A stretch of DNA of 32,000 bases, taken from contig NZ_LWLG01000002.1 of the NCBI RefSeq assembly GCF_001652585.1, positions 1 through 32,000 on the forward strand. The letters run 5' to 3'. A model generated the notes under the pieces. It saw only the letters and a list, made by a program, of their open reading frames with translations. It made no database searches and was not told where the DNA came from. This document shows, piece after piece, positions 7,349 to 15,390 of this stretch. Position numbers and translations under genes: made by a program. How positions within the stretch are numbered: position 1 is the stretch's first letter; every line of letters begins with the position of its first letter. This stretch comes from Thermosulfurimonas dismutans. GTDB taxonomy: Bacteria > Desulfobacterota > Thermodesulfobacteria > Thermodesulfobacteriales > Thermodesulfobacteriaceae.

Positions 7349-9108
7349 AACGAATTGGTCACCTCTCAATAAGGGGCTGCTTTGTCGTAGGGCTGGCTCT
7401 CCTTATGGTTTTAGGGTTAGGGGCCTGCCGAAAGAGGCCGGAGTCCCAACCACAGGTTGTCTTTGGCCCAATGGGCTTGGAAATTTCAGGACTTCCCGAA
7501 AAGACTCCGGTTAAGCTATACGATACTTCGGGAAAGCTCCTTCTAGCATATCCTCCGCTTCCTAGCCGGGATCTCCTCCTAATTTTTCCCTGGCAGCCGC
7601 GTGAAACCTACCACCTTGTGGCAGGAAGTTTCTCTTTACGGCTTCAAAGCCCTGATTCACGGCCCCTAGCCGAAATCGAGGTCTTTGCCCCTCTTGGAAG
7701 CCCGGGAAGACGATTTTTGATCTTTGAGACGGGTCCCATTAAGCCCGAGGAGTTCGTCATCCTCTCAAAAGACCCCTGCCCGGAGGTGGGCTTCCTGATA
7801 ACTTCCTTTGTTTCTGAACTTCCGGTGCGTATTCCAACCTTCGAGAAAACCCTTGTCCTTTCCGGAGAATTCGATCGGCACCTTTTTCACCACCGGATCT
7901 GCCTCGCACCCGAGGTTCCACGTAGGATCACGCTGATCACTGGGAAAAGGCGTCTTTCCCTGCTCTTCAAACGAATGGTCTTTGATCTCAAAGGCAAGGT
8001 CAAACTCGTCTCTTGGCGAGTGCCCACCGAAGAGTCAGGTTATAGCCTACGGTATAGGCGAGAAGGGCTTCTAGTGGTTCCGAATCCTCTCTTCGAGCGT
8101 CTGGGTTATCTTTTGGGAATAAAGGCTCAGGGATTTTCCCGCTACGCCCCCTTTGCCTATCAGACCTTGGTCCTCAAAAATCTCACCGGCTCCCCGCTCA
8201 ACCTCCTGGTGAAAGCCGACTTTCTGGACCCCAAGACCGGGAAGCCGGTTCCAGGTTTTTATCCCCCGCGCTTCGGCATGATCGGGCACTTTAAAAAACC
8301 CCTGGCCCTGGTGTATCTTCCCCCACATGGAAATGCGCAGGTGGTCCTGCCCATTTACGTGGAGGGCGTGTCTCCAGGCGAGTATGTGGCCCGGGTGGCG
8401 GTCTATCCCCTGGGAGAGGAAAAACCCCTTTTCGTTAAGGCGCGTCGGATAGGAGTCACCCGCGGGAGCCCGTGGCTTGCCGCCGGGCTCTTGATGATCC
8501 TGGCCACTGGGGCCCTTTATAGCGGGGCCATTTTCCTCGGTCTTCGCCGGCTCCTTTCCGGCTTCAATCTCCGAGAGCTCTCCCTGGTGGCCTTGGCCGG
8601 GGCCGTGGCCTTCGGGCTGGACTTCCTCGGGGGGCTCCTCTCGAACATCCTCTACGCCTTTCTCGGTCCTTTCAACATTCTGGTCGGGGGGCTCGTCACC
8701 GAGGTGGTGCACTACGCAGTCTTCACCGCGGTGCTGGTATTGGTGCCGAGGCCGGGGTTCGCCACCCTCTCCGGACTCCTACATTACCTCATGGGCCTTA
8801 CGCTTTTCGGAGGCTTGCGGGCTACGGATCCCTTTTTCCTCGGGGCCAGGTTATTTGTGATCGAGGCGTGCCTGTTTCTCTTCCGAGGTTACCGCAGACC
8901 CTGGGGCGGGCGCACGGTCCTGGCCCTGGCGATAGCCGACGCCATAAACACCCTCACCTCTCTCGTCCTTCACATGACCTTTTACCGGCTCTTTTTTCCG
9001 GGCTGGTACCTCTGGCTTTCGCTTCTCGTAAAGGGCTTCCTTTACACCCTCATCGGGGCCTGGCTCGGCGCCCGCATGGGGAAACACCTCCTGGGAATGG
9101 AGCGATGA
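7345..9108 (+). CDS. Lipoprotein-signal protein: soluble domain of unknown function (about 345 aa) fused to a C-terminal domain with 6-7 TM helices. Positional candidate for the ECF substrate-capture (S) component
   Basis: I prefer the ATG at 7345 (ATGA overlap with the upstream stop) over the track start at 7303. N-terminus is MKRIGHLSIRGCFVVGLALLMVLGLGA-C (lipobox L-G-A-C). Hydrophobic helices run from about nt 8467 (WLAAGLLMILATGALYSGAIFLGL ... WYLWLSLLVKGFLYTLIGAWLGA). It lies immediately upstream of, and overlapping, the ECF ATPase gene. Confidence 0.6.
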   Translation: MKRIGHLSIRGCFVVGLALLMVLGLGACRKRPESQPQVVFGPMGLEISGLPEKTPVKLYDTSGKLLLAYPPLPSRDLLLIFPWQPRETYHLVAGSFSLRLQSPDSRPLAEIEVFAPLGSPGRRFLIFETGPIKPEEFVILSKDPCPEVGFLITSFVSELPVRIPTFEKTLVLSGEFDRHLFHHRICLAPEVPRRITLITGKRRLSLLFKRMVFDLKGKVKLVSWRVPTEESGYSLRYRREGLLVVPNPLFERLGYLLGIKAQGFSRYAPFAYQTLVLKNLTGSPLNLLVKADFLDPKTGKPVPGFYPPRFGMIGHFKKPLALVYLPPHGNAQVVLPIYVEGVSPGEYVARVAVYPLGEEKPLFVKARRIGVTRGSPWLAAGLLMILATGALYSGAIFLGLRRLLSGFNLRELSLVALAGAVAFGLDFLGGLLSNILYAFLGPFNILVGGLVTEVVHYAVFTAVLVLVPRPGFATLSGLLHYLMGLTLFGGLRATDPFFLGARLFVIEACLFLFRGYRRPWGGRTVLALAIADAINTLTSLVLHMTFYRLFFPGWYLWLSLLVKGFLYTLIGAWLGARMGKHLLGMER

Positions 9109-10475
9109 GGAAGGCTTCGATCAGGGTAAAAAATCTTTCTTATCGCTATCCCGAAGGAACGGGTCCGGCCCTTGAGGGCATAAGTTTTGAGGTCCGGCCT
9201 GGGGAAGTGTTTCTTTTGGCTGGAGAAACTGGTTCCGGAAAGAGCACCCTTCTTTCCGTGCTATGTGGTCTCATCCCGGCGGAATCCGGGGGCGAGTTCT
9301 CCGGGAAAGTGGAAGTGCTGGGGCGCCAGTGGCCGGTTGCTCCCGGGGAGATCTTTCCAGAGGTAGCGGTTGGCTTCCAGAACCCAGCAGAACACCTCCT
9401 TGCGGAAACGGTCTTTGCCGAGGTGGCCTTCGGACTTGAGAACCTGGGGTTTTCCCCTCTGGAGATTCGGAAGCGAGTGGCCGAGGCCCTGGAAAGTGTG
9501 AATCTTTCTGGTTTCGAGGACCGAAGGCTTTCTGAGCTTTCTGGAGGCGAGCGCCAGCGGGTGGCCCTGGCCGCGGCTCTCGCGGTGAAACCCCGGTTGC
9601 TTCTTCTCGACGAACCTCTGGCCCAACTTGACCCTCAGACGGCCCACAGGGTGATGACCATTCTGCGGACCTTAGCGAACAATGGCCTCACGGTGATCCT
9701 TGCCGAACACCGGTTAGACCTGGCCCTCGGCTTTGCCGATCGGGTATGTTTTCTCGAAGGTGGACGCGTGGCCTTCTGTGGACCGAGTAAAGATTTCCGC
9801 CCCCCGGCCCGAAAATTTCCTCTTTTGCCCCGAGCCCGCCCCGGAGAAGTGCTGATAAGCCTGCGGGATCTGGCTTTTGCCCGTCCCGGAAAATCCGAGG
9901 TCTTCCGGGGGATTACCCTTGACTTTCGTGCCGGAGAAAGGGTGGCCCTTTTAGGGCCCAACGGCTGCGGTAAAACTACTTTTCTACATCTTTTGGCCGG
10001 GCTCCTAGAGCCCACCGCCGGTCGGATAGAGATCCGAACTAAAGCCCCAACCGGAAGCCTTCTCGTGGGGCTTCTCCTTCAGGATCCGGATCTCATGCTC
10101 ATAAGAGAAAGCGTATACGCGGAGCTAGCCTTTACCCCGGAAAACCTAGGGCTTTCCGAAAAAGAAATCCAGCGTCGGGTTAAATTGGTAGCTGAAAAGC
10201 TGGCCCTTTCCGATTTCCTTGATAGGGTTCCCTTTGCCCTTTCCCGGGGTCAACGTCTGCGGGTAGCCCTGGGCTCGGTTATCACCGGCCATCCCCGCAT
10301 CTTGCTTCTCGACGAACCCACCACTGCCCAAGATCCTCGGAACACCGCCCGCCTGCTCGCTACGCTCTCGGCGGATCTCGTGATCTTCTCCACCCACGAC
10401 GAGGAGGTGGCCCGGGTACTGGCTACGCGCGTGCTGCGCTTCGAAGATGGGGAGATCAGGGAGGTCAACAAATGA
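9105..10475 (+). CDS. Fused double ATPase of an ECF-type (CbiO/EcfA-A'-like) ABC transporter (456 aa)
   Basis: True start is MRKASIRVKNLSYRY at 9105 (ATGA overlap); the track start at 8868 lies inside the upstream gene. NBD1: GETGSGKST, LSGGERQRVALA, LLLLDEP. NBD2: GPNGCGKTT, LSRGQRLRVALG, ILLLDEPT. Confidence 0.85.
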   Translation: MRKASIRVKNLSYRYPEGTGPALEGISFEVRPGEVFLLAGETGSGKSTLLSVLCGLIPAESGGEFSGKVEVLGRQWPVAPGEIFPEVAVGFQNPAEHLLAETVFAEVAFGLENLGFSPLEIRKRVAEALESVNLSGFEDRRLSELSGGERQRVALAAALAVKPRLLLLDEPLAQLDPQTAHRVMTILRTLANNGLTVILAEHRLDLALGFADRVCFLEGGRVAFCGPSKDFRPPARKFPLLPRARPGEVLISLRDLAFARPGKSEVFRGITLDFRAGERVALLGPNGCGKTTFLHLLAGLLEPTAGRIEIRTKAPTGSLLVGLLLQDPDLMLIRESVYAELAFTPENLGLSEKEIQRRVKLVAEKLALSDFLDRVPFALSRGQRLRVALGSVITGHPRILLLDEPTTAQDPRNTARLLATLSADLVIFSTHDEEVARVLATRVLRFEDGEIREVNK

Positions 10476-11308
10476 ACACCAGAAAACTTCACCCCTATAC
10501 CAAGTTCGGAGTCTCGTTTCTGGTCTCCGGACTCTCGGTGATCTTGGACCGACCCCTCTCCCTTGCGGTCCTGACCAGCCTAGCCCTTGTCCTTCTCCTG
10601 CTCTCAAGACCCGGGCGACAGATCCTTAAGACCTACCTCTTACTTACAGTGACTACCGTCTGGGGGATCATGGTGAGCCAGGGACTCTTTTATCAGGAGT
10701 ATCCGCGCACGGTGCTCTTCTGCCTGATACCCCCGGGAGAACACTTCGCTGGTTTGTGTTTCATAAAAGAGGGTTTCCTTTACGGGTTGATCCAGTCCCT
10801 GCGTCTGGTGGCCGCCCTTTCGGCCGGCCTCTATCTCGTGACTTCAACCCCGCAGGAGGCCTTCTTCCGAGCGGTCTCGGCCCTTCCGCTTCCTAGAGGA
10901 CTAACGCTTATGGCGGTCTCGGCCGTGAGGTTTCTACCCACGGTAGCTGAGGACCTCAGACTGATAAGGAAAGCCCTGCGTTTAAAAGGTTACCGGCCCT
11001 TGAAACGGGGAATCCTCTACACGATCAAGGTAGAGCTTTCAGTAATCTACCCGCTGCTTTCCCAAGCGGTGAGGCATTCGCGCTCCTTGGCCGACGCCCT
11101 TCTCACCAGGGGCTTTGATCCGTTGTCTCCCTCAAGGAGGCTCTTTCTTTCCCCCTGGCCCAGGCCTGAAAAGATCTTGACCGTACTCCTTTTGTTGTTG
11201 GGTTTAGGGGTGTTCGTTCTCAAGGTTTTGTTTTGGCTTTATCTCCAGGAGGTCCTTTATGTTGAAAGCCTGCGTCCGCTCTATGCCCTGGTGCGCAACT
11301 TTCTTTAA
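10472..11308 (+). CDS. ECF transporter transmembrane (T) component, CbiQ/EcfT family (278 aa)
   Basis: N-terminal LHPYTKF. Coupling-helix motifs IRKALRLKGY and LADALLTRGF (A-x-x-x-RG type). Multiple TM helices. ATGA overlap with the ATPase gene. Confidence 0.8.
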   Translation: MNTRKLHPYTKFGVSFLVSGLSVILDRPLSLAVLTSLALVLLLLSRPGRQILKTYLLLTVTTVWGIMVSQGLFYQEYPRTVLFCLIPPGEHFAGLCFIKEGFLYGLIQSLRLVAALSAGLYLVTSTPQEAFFRAVSALPLPRGLTLMAVSAVRFLPTVAEDLRLIRKALRLKGYRPLKRGILYTIKVELSVIYPLLSQAVRHSRSLADALLTRGFDPLSPSRRLFLSPWPRPEKILTVLLLLLGLGVFVLKVLFWLYLQEVLYVESLRPLYALVRNFL

Positions 11309-11312
11309 AACT

Positions 11313-12179
11313 TTATTTTCGGAGCTTGCGCCTTTTTCTTTCGGCTTCAAGAAGGGTCTCCGGCTTTCCGGAAAATTCCGCCCCGGAGACTACCTGGACG
11401 CCGCGGCCTTCAGCAGCCTCAAAAAGGGGCTCAGCCCAACGCCGCCAGTAAAGGTCCCGGAGGAGATGATGGTCAAGGATAAGGTTTCTCGGGGAAACCT
11501 CACGGAGAATGCGAAGAAGGTTCGCCCGGGCTACTTCCAGGGCCTTGAGACCAAAGCGCGGCCCCAAGTAGGTAGATGGACCGTCCACGAAAAGGATATC
11601 TGGTCTTTGAGTCAAAATGAAATCCACGGCCTCTTCCAGTACCGGGCCGGAAACATCCGAGGAGTGAAGGAAGGTCGTCCCGCCTTCCCGCACCGCCACC
11701 GAGACCACGCAGCCGAAACGGGCCTCCGGTCCATGCCAGAGCGGTCCGGAAACTACGATTTCTCCCCCGAGAAGCTCAATTCGCCGTCCCTCAGCTACCT
11801 CCCAGCGGACTCCGGCCCGGATAAGTCTCTCAATAAACTCCCCGGCTCGCCGGGCCTGATTGCGATTGATGTTCCGCACTGGATCCTTGATGAAGAGGAG
11901 TTTTCCCTGAAGATCTCCCGCCCAGTCCGGGCTGTAGTGGTCGAAATGGTAGTGGGTGATGAAAACGATCTCTGCTGTCCGGAGTCTTTTCCGAATAAGC
12001 TCCCGGAGTTCGGCCAGCCTCGCAATCTCGATCTCGTCCGGGGGAAGGCCGTAGCGCTTCGGACCGAGAGCTGCTCCGGGGTCTATGAGGATCTTCGTTC
12101 CGCAGGCCTCCACCTCCACCGCCATAGAGCGCACCCCGAGGCTCTCGGAGGCCAGCACCTCAATCCTCATAACGCCCAT
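11313..12179 (-). CDS. Metallo-beta-lactamase-fold hydrolase (288 aa), UPF0282-like
   Basis: H-x-H-x-DH motif in ITHYHFDHYSP. Later HSSD and LDHH metal-ligand-like motifs. The sequence is coherent and globular, unlike the antisense + strand ORF. Confidence 0.7.
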   Translation of the reverse strand: MGVMRIEVLASESLGVRSMAVEVEACGTKILIDPGAALGPKRYGLPPDEIEIARLAELRELIRKRLRTAEIVFITHYHFDHYSPDWAGDLQGKLLFIKDPVRNINRNQARRAGEFIERLIRAGVRWEVAEGRRIELLGGEIVVSGPLWHGPEARFGCVVSVAVREGGTTFLHSSDVSGPVLEEAVDFILTQRPDILFVDGPSTYLGPRFGLKALEVARANLLRILREVSPRNLILDHHLLRDLYWRRWAEPLFEAAEGRGVQVVSGAEFSGKPETLLEAERKRRKLRK

Positions 12180-12236
12180 CAGGATAGCCGCAAAAGCGTT
12201 CTCTGGAAAGCTCTCAGAAGGTTCCTCGTCAAGATT

Positions 12237-13676
12237 GTGATCCTGGCTCTATTCTTGCTACCTCGTATGAGTTTCGCCGAACGGTTTCGGGCCTTTGGGC
12301 TGAACCTTCTTTGGGAACACCCCCTGGGCGACATCTCCTTTCATGTGCGGGCCGGCCATACCCCGGATTCCTTCGTACGGTTTTCTCCGGACGGACGCCT
12401 CCTGGCGGTGGGCACCTTGAAGGGGGACCTTTTGGTCTTTGAAAGTCTCACCGGAAAACTTGTTCTCCGGAAGAAGATACCCGAGGCCATGGTGAAACGA
12501 GTGGCCTTTTCTCCAGACGCAAAGCGCCTCTACTACGGAGAGCAGAGCCCAGAGGGCGCGGTGTGTGCCCTTGAGCTTCCTTCCGGTAAAACCCTCTGGT
12601 GTTTCCGCACCGCCGGGGACCTCCTGCGGGGGGAGCCTCCTCTCCCAGGGGATCTCTACGGTATTTACCGGCTTCCCGGCATATACCGGCTGAAAATCTT
12701 ACGGGACGGCGATCTTCTCGTGCTGGGCATCCACTCTTGGTACGACCGAAAGCTCCGGATTTGGCGCAGGCTTTCGCGCCTTTATCGCTTAAGCCCTAAA
12801 GGGAAGATACGCTGGGCCTATCCCTCAGACGGTCCGGCCCCGGTAAATATCATCTACGCGGACTCCGATCCTTCCGGAAAAAGGGTGGCCTTGGTGGCCC
12901 TTCTTCCTTCGGAATATAAGGAAGATCTCTCCTTAAAAGGACCACCACCTCAGAGCTTCGTGGCCCTTGATGGAAGAACCGGAAGAAAGCTCTTTCATTT
13001 CACGCTTTCGCCCTTGAAACCTTACTTCGACCGGGTTTCGGCCTGGGAATCGGTGGCCGTTTCTCGAGATGGACGCTTCGCTATACTCGGCACCACCGAT
13101 GGAAGGCTTTTTGTCTTTGACCTAGAGAAGAAGAGCCTCCACCGCCTCCTCACCCTGGCCACTCCGATCATCCTGGGGGGGTTTCCGGTTTCGGCCTCCC
13201 TGGGGTATGGTCTCTTCGGGCCGGATGGCCTCATCTATGTGGTCTCCGGTGAAAGCACTCTGCCCTACGGTCTGCCTCTGGCCGTAGATCGGCCGGCCGG
13301 ACCGCACCCTGCAGCGCGCACCCTTTTTGCCGTAGACCCCAAAACAGGGGCCATCCTCTGGCGCTTCACCTCACCCGTAAAGCTCCAGGGACTTTCTTCC
13401 GACGCCACCGGACGCACCCTTGCGGTATGCACCGGAGCCTTCCGCAAAGAGGCTTTACGGGTACGCCAGTTTGGCGTGCTGGTCTTCGACCTCAAAAAGG
13501 AAGGGGGCGGCCTTTCCAAATTGGTGGGTTATTTTCCCACCGCCGGGACCTGTTTCTTCCATCTGGCAGTCTCTCCCGACGGCCATCTCATCGCGGCCGT
13601 GGAGACTCCCTGGCGCGACGAAATCGGCCGCCTTTACGGCAAACACCGCCTCCTCGTCCTCCGCCGATCTCCCTAA
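12237..13676 (+). CDS. Beta-propeller (WD40/PQQ-like) repeat protein, possibly exported
   Basis: Repeated blade motifs: FSPDGRLLAVGTLKGDLLVFE, FSPDAKRLYYGE, VSRDGRFAILGTTDGRLFVFD, SSDATGRTLAVCTG, VSPDGHLIAAVE. Start is uncertain. GTG at 12237 gives a hydrophobic N-terminus (ILALFLLPRMSFA); ATG at 12267 is the alternative. The track's 805-aa ORF (from 11259) is an antisense artefact upstream of about 12200. Confidence 0.65.
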   Translation: MILALFLLPRMSFAERFRAFGLNLLWEHPLGDISFHVRAGHTPDSFVRFSPDGRLLAVGTLKGDLLVFESLTGKLVLRKKIPEAMVKRVAFSPDAKRLYYGEQSPEGAVCALELPSGKTLWCFRTAGDLLRGEPPLPGDLYGIYRLPGIYRLKILRDGDLLVLGIHSWYDRKLRIWRRLSRLYRLSPKGKIRWAYPSDGPAPVNIIYADSDPSGKRVALVALLPSEYKEDLSLKGPPPQSFVALDGRTGRKLFHFTLSPLKPYFDRVSAWESVAVSRDGRFAILGTTDGRLFVFDLEKKSLHRLLTLATPIILGGFPVSASLGYGLFGPDGLIYVVSGESTLPYGLPLAVDRPAGPHPAARTLFAVDPKTGAILWRFTSPVKLQGLSSDATGRTLAVCTGAFRKEALRVRQFGVLVFDLKKEGGGLSKLVGYFPTAGTCFFHLAVSPDGHLIAAVETPWRDEIGRLYGKHRLLVLRRSP

Positions 13677-13862
13677 GGGCTCACATAGAAGACCGATTAT
13701 GGTGTGTCCATAGTGCCCCCTCTTGACTCGGAACTCAAGTAGAAAACTGTCCAGATGACCAGACTAAGGGGTCCAGAGCCTCATCCAAGATCCTCACACC
13801 GGTGGAATTAATTTGACTCTTGCCATCCGAGGACCATTTCCATTAAAGTTTAAGTCCCCCTC

Positions 13863-14609
13863 ATGGAAACCGTGCTTGAGGTCCGGAACCTGGTCAAGGA
13901 TTTCGGAGGCCACAGGGCCCTTTCAGGGGTAAATTTTGTCCTTTCACGGAGAGAATTTCTGGGAATCATCGGCCCAAATGGAGCCGGAAAGACCACGCTC
14001 CTCAACTGCCTTCTCGGCCTGATCACCCCCACGAAGGGAGAAATCCGGTTTTTCGGTCTCGAGCTCGAAAAACACCAGGTCTATATCCTTTCCAGGATTA
14101 ATTTCGCCTCAAACTATGTAGGACTCCCCTTATCCCTTACCGTCTTTGAGAATCTTGTGGTTTACGGTCTGCTTTACGGGGTTTCGGAAATAAAGGCCCG
14201 AGCCGAGCGGTTGCTCAAGCTTTTCGGACTGTGGGAAATGCGGAATCAGAAGACCCGTCATCTCTCCTCAGGTCAGATGATGCGTCTATGTCTGGCCAAG
14301 GCCCTGATGAACGATCCAGAGGTGCTGCTCCTTGACGAACCTACCGCCGGACTTGACCCGGAGATAGCCGAAAGGGTCCGCAAATTAATCAAGGCTTATC
14401 AAAGAGAAAAGGGCCTTGCGGTCATCTTCACCTCCCACAATCTACACGAAATGGAAGAACTCTCGGATCGTGTGATCCTCCTCAATAAAGGTCAGATCCT
14501 CGCCGAGGGCCCACCGCAGGAACTCTGCCGCCGTTTTGGGGCTAAGAATCTTGAGGAAGCCTTCTTCAAGGCCCTAGATCTTTGGGAGGCCGAGAATGTT
14601 GAGGGCTAA
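13863..14609 (+). CDS. ABC transporter ATP-binding protein (ABC-2/DrrA-like exporter type, 248 aa)
   Basis: Walker A GPNGAGKTT, signature LSSGQMMRLCLAKAL, Walker B LLLDEPTAGLD. Followed by an overlapping ABC-2 permease gene. Confidence 0.85.
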   Translation: METVLEVRNLVKDFGGHRALSGVNFVLSRREFLGIIGPNGAGKTTLLNCLLGLITPTKGEIRFFGLELEKHQVYILSRINFASNYVGLPLSLTVFENLVVYGLLYGVSEIKARAERLLKLFGLWEMRNQKTRHLSSGQMMRLCLAKALMNDPEVLLLDEPTAGLDPEIAERVRKLIKAYQREKGLAVIFTSHNLHEMEELSDRVILLNKGQILAEGPPQELCRRFGAKNLEEAFFKALDLWEAENVEG

Positions 14610-15390
14610 AAGGATTCTCGGAGTAGTGGCCAGACAGGTCTTTCTCTATCGACGGAGCTTCAGCCGAATCCTGGATCTCTTCTACTGGCCCACCATGGAC
14701 ATCCTTCTCTGGGGTTTTCTTACCCTTTACCTTGAACGGGGAACCCTCCATCTTCCCCGTTTTGTTTCCTTCTTCCTGGGGGCCCTCATCCTCTGGCACA
14801 TCCTCTACCGTTCCCAGATTGCGGTCTCGGTATCCTTCCTTGAGGACATCTGGTCCCGTAATCTCCTCAACCTTATGGTGGCCCCTTTAACCCTTACGGA
14901 ATACATGCTCGGTCTTATCACCGTAAGCCTAATCAAGGTCTCTTTAGCCTTCACCATCATGGCCTCGCTTGCGGGTCTCTTTTACGGCTTCAACATCTTT
15001 AAGCTCGGGGTAAGCCTCATACCTTTCGTGGTGAATCTTTTGGCCCTTGGTTGGGCCATAGGTTTTGTGACCATAGGCTTTATCTTCCGTTTCGGGCAGG
15101 AAGCCGAGATCCTGGCCTGGGCTTTGGCCTTCGTGTTTCTGCCGCTCTCGGCAGTTTTCTATCCGCTTTCGGTGCTTCCGCCCATTATCCGGGATCTAGC
15201 TTGGTTTACTCCCTCGGCCCATGTCTTTGAGGGCATGCGGGCCGTAATCGAAAATGGCACCATCCCCTTGAGACACCTTATCTGGGCCACGGGGCTTAAC
15301 CTCGCCTATCTCTCCTTCGGGGCTTGGTTCATGCGTCGCCAGTACGAATATGCCCGCGAGAAAGGAACCATTCCTAAGATAGGAGAGTAG
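14596..15390 (+). CDS. ABC-2 type transporter permease (264 aa)
   Basis: Six predicted hydrophobic helices and a typical ABC-2 layout. Overlaps the ATPase stop by 14 nt. Confidence 0.75.
   Translation: MLRAKRILGVVARQVFLYRRSFSRILDLFYWPTMDILLWGFLTLYLERGTLHLPRFVSFFLGALILWHILYRSQIAVSVSFLEDIWSRNLLNLMVAPLTLTEYMLGLITVSLIKVSLAFTIMASLAGLFYGFNIFKLGVSLIPFVVNLLALGWAIGFVTIGFIFRFGQEAEILAWALAFVFLPLSAVFYPLSVLPPIIRDLAWFTPSAHVFEGMRAVIENGTIPLRHLIWATGLNLAYLSFGAWFMRRQYEYAREKGTIPKIGE

Noticed and set aside
8868-9104. Upstream-extended start of the ECF ATPase ORF (track start 8868)
   Set aside because: The first 79 codons are out-of-frame read-through of the preceding membrane-protein gene (Pro/Arg/His-rich). A typical ABC N-terminus, MRKASIRVKNLSYRY, begins at 9105.
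8071-10607. Long antisense ORFs in the GC-rich block (8071..8712, 9261..9647, 9635..10015, 10146..10607; all minus strand)
   Set aside because: They show no motifs and biased Gly/Pro/Arg/Glu composition. They are fully overlapped by well-supported + strand genes, so they are shadow frames.
11259-12236. N-terminal 326 aa or so of the 805-aa + strand ORF, running antisense across the whole MBL-hydrolase gene
   Set aside because: The minus-strand product has a clear HxHxDH metallo-beta-lactamase motif and globular composition. The + strand translation is low-complexity with no motif. The beta-propeller repeats begin only after about 12300. A long open antisense frame is expected in GC-rich DNA, so I treat it as a shadow ORF.
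2477-13860. Direct repeats flanking the GC-rich block as attachment sites
   Set aside because: Only an 8-mer (AGTCCCCC, near 2477 and near 13853) is shared by the two boundary spacers, which is compatible with chance.
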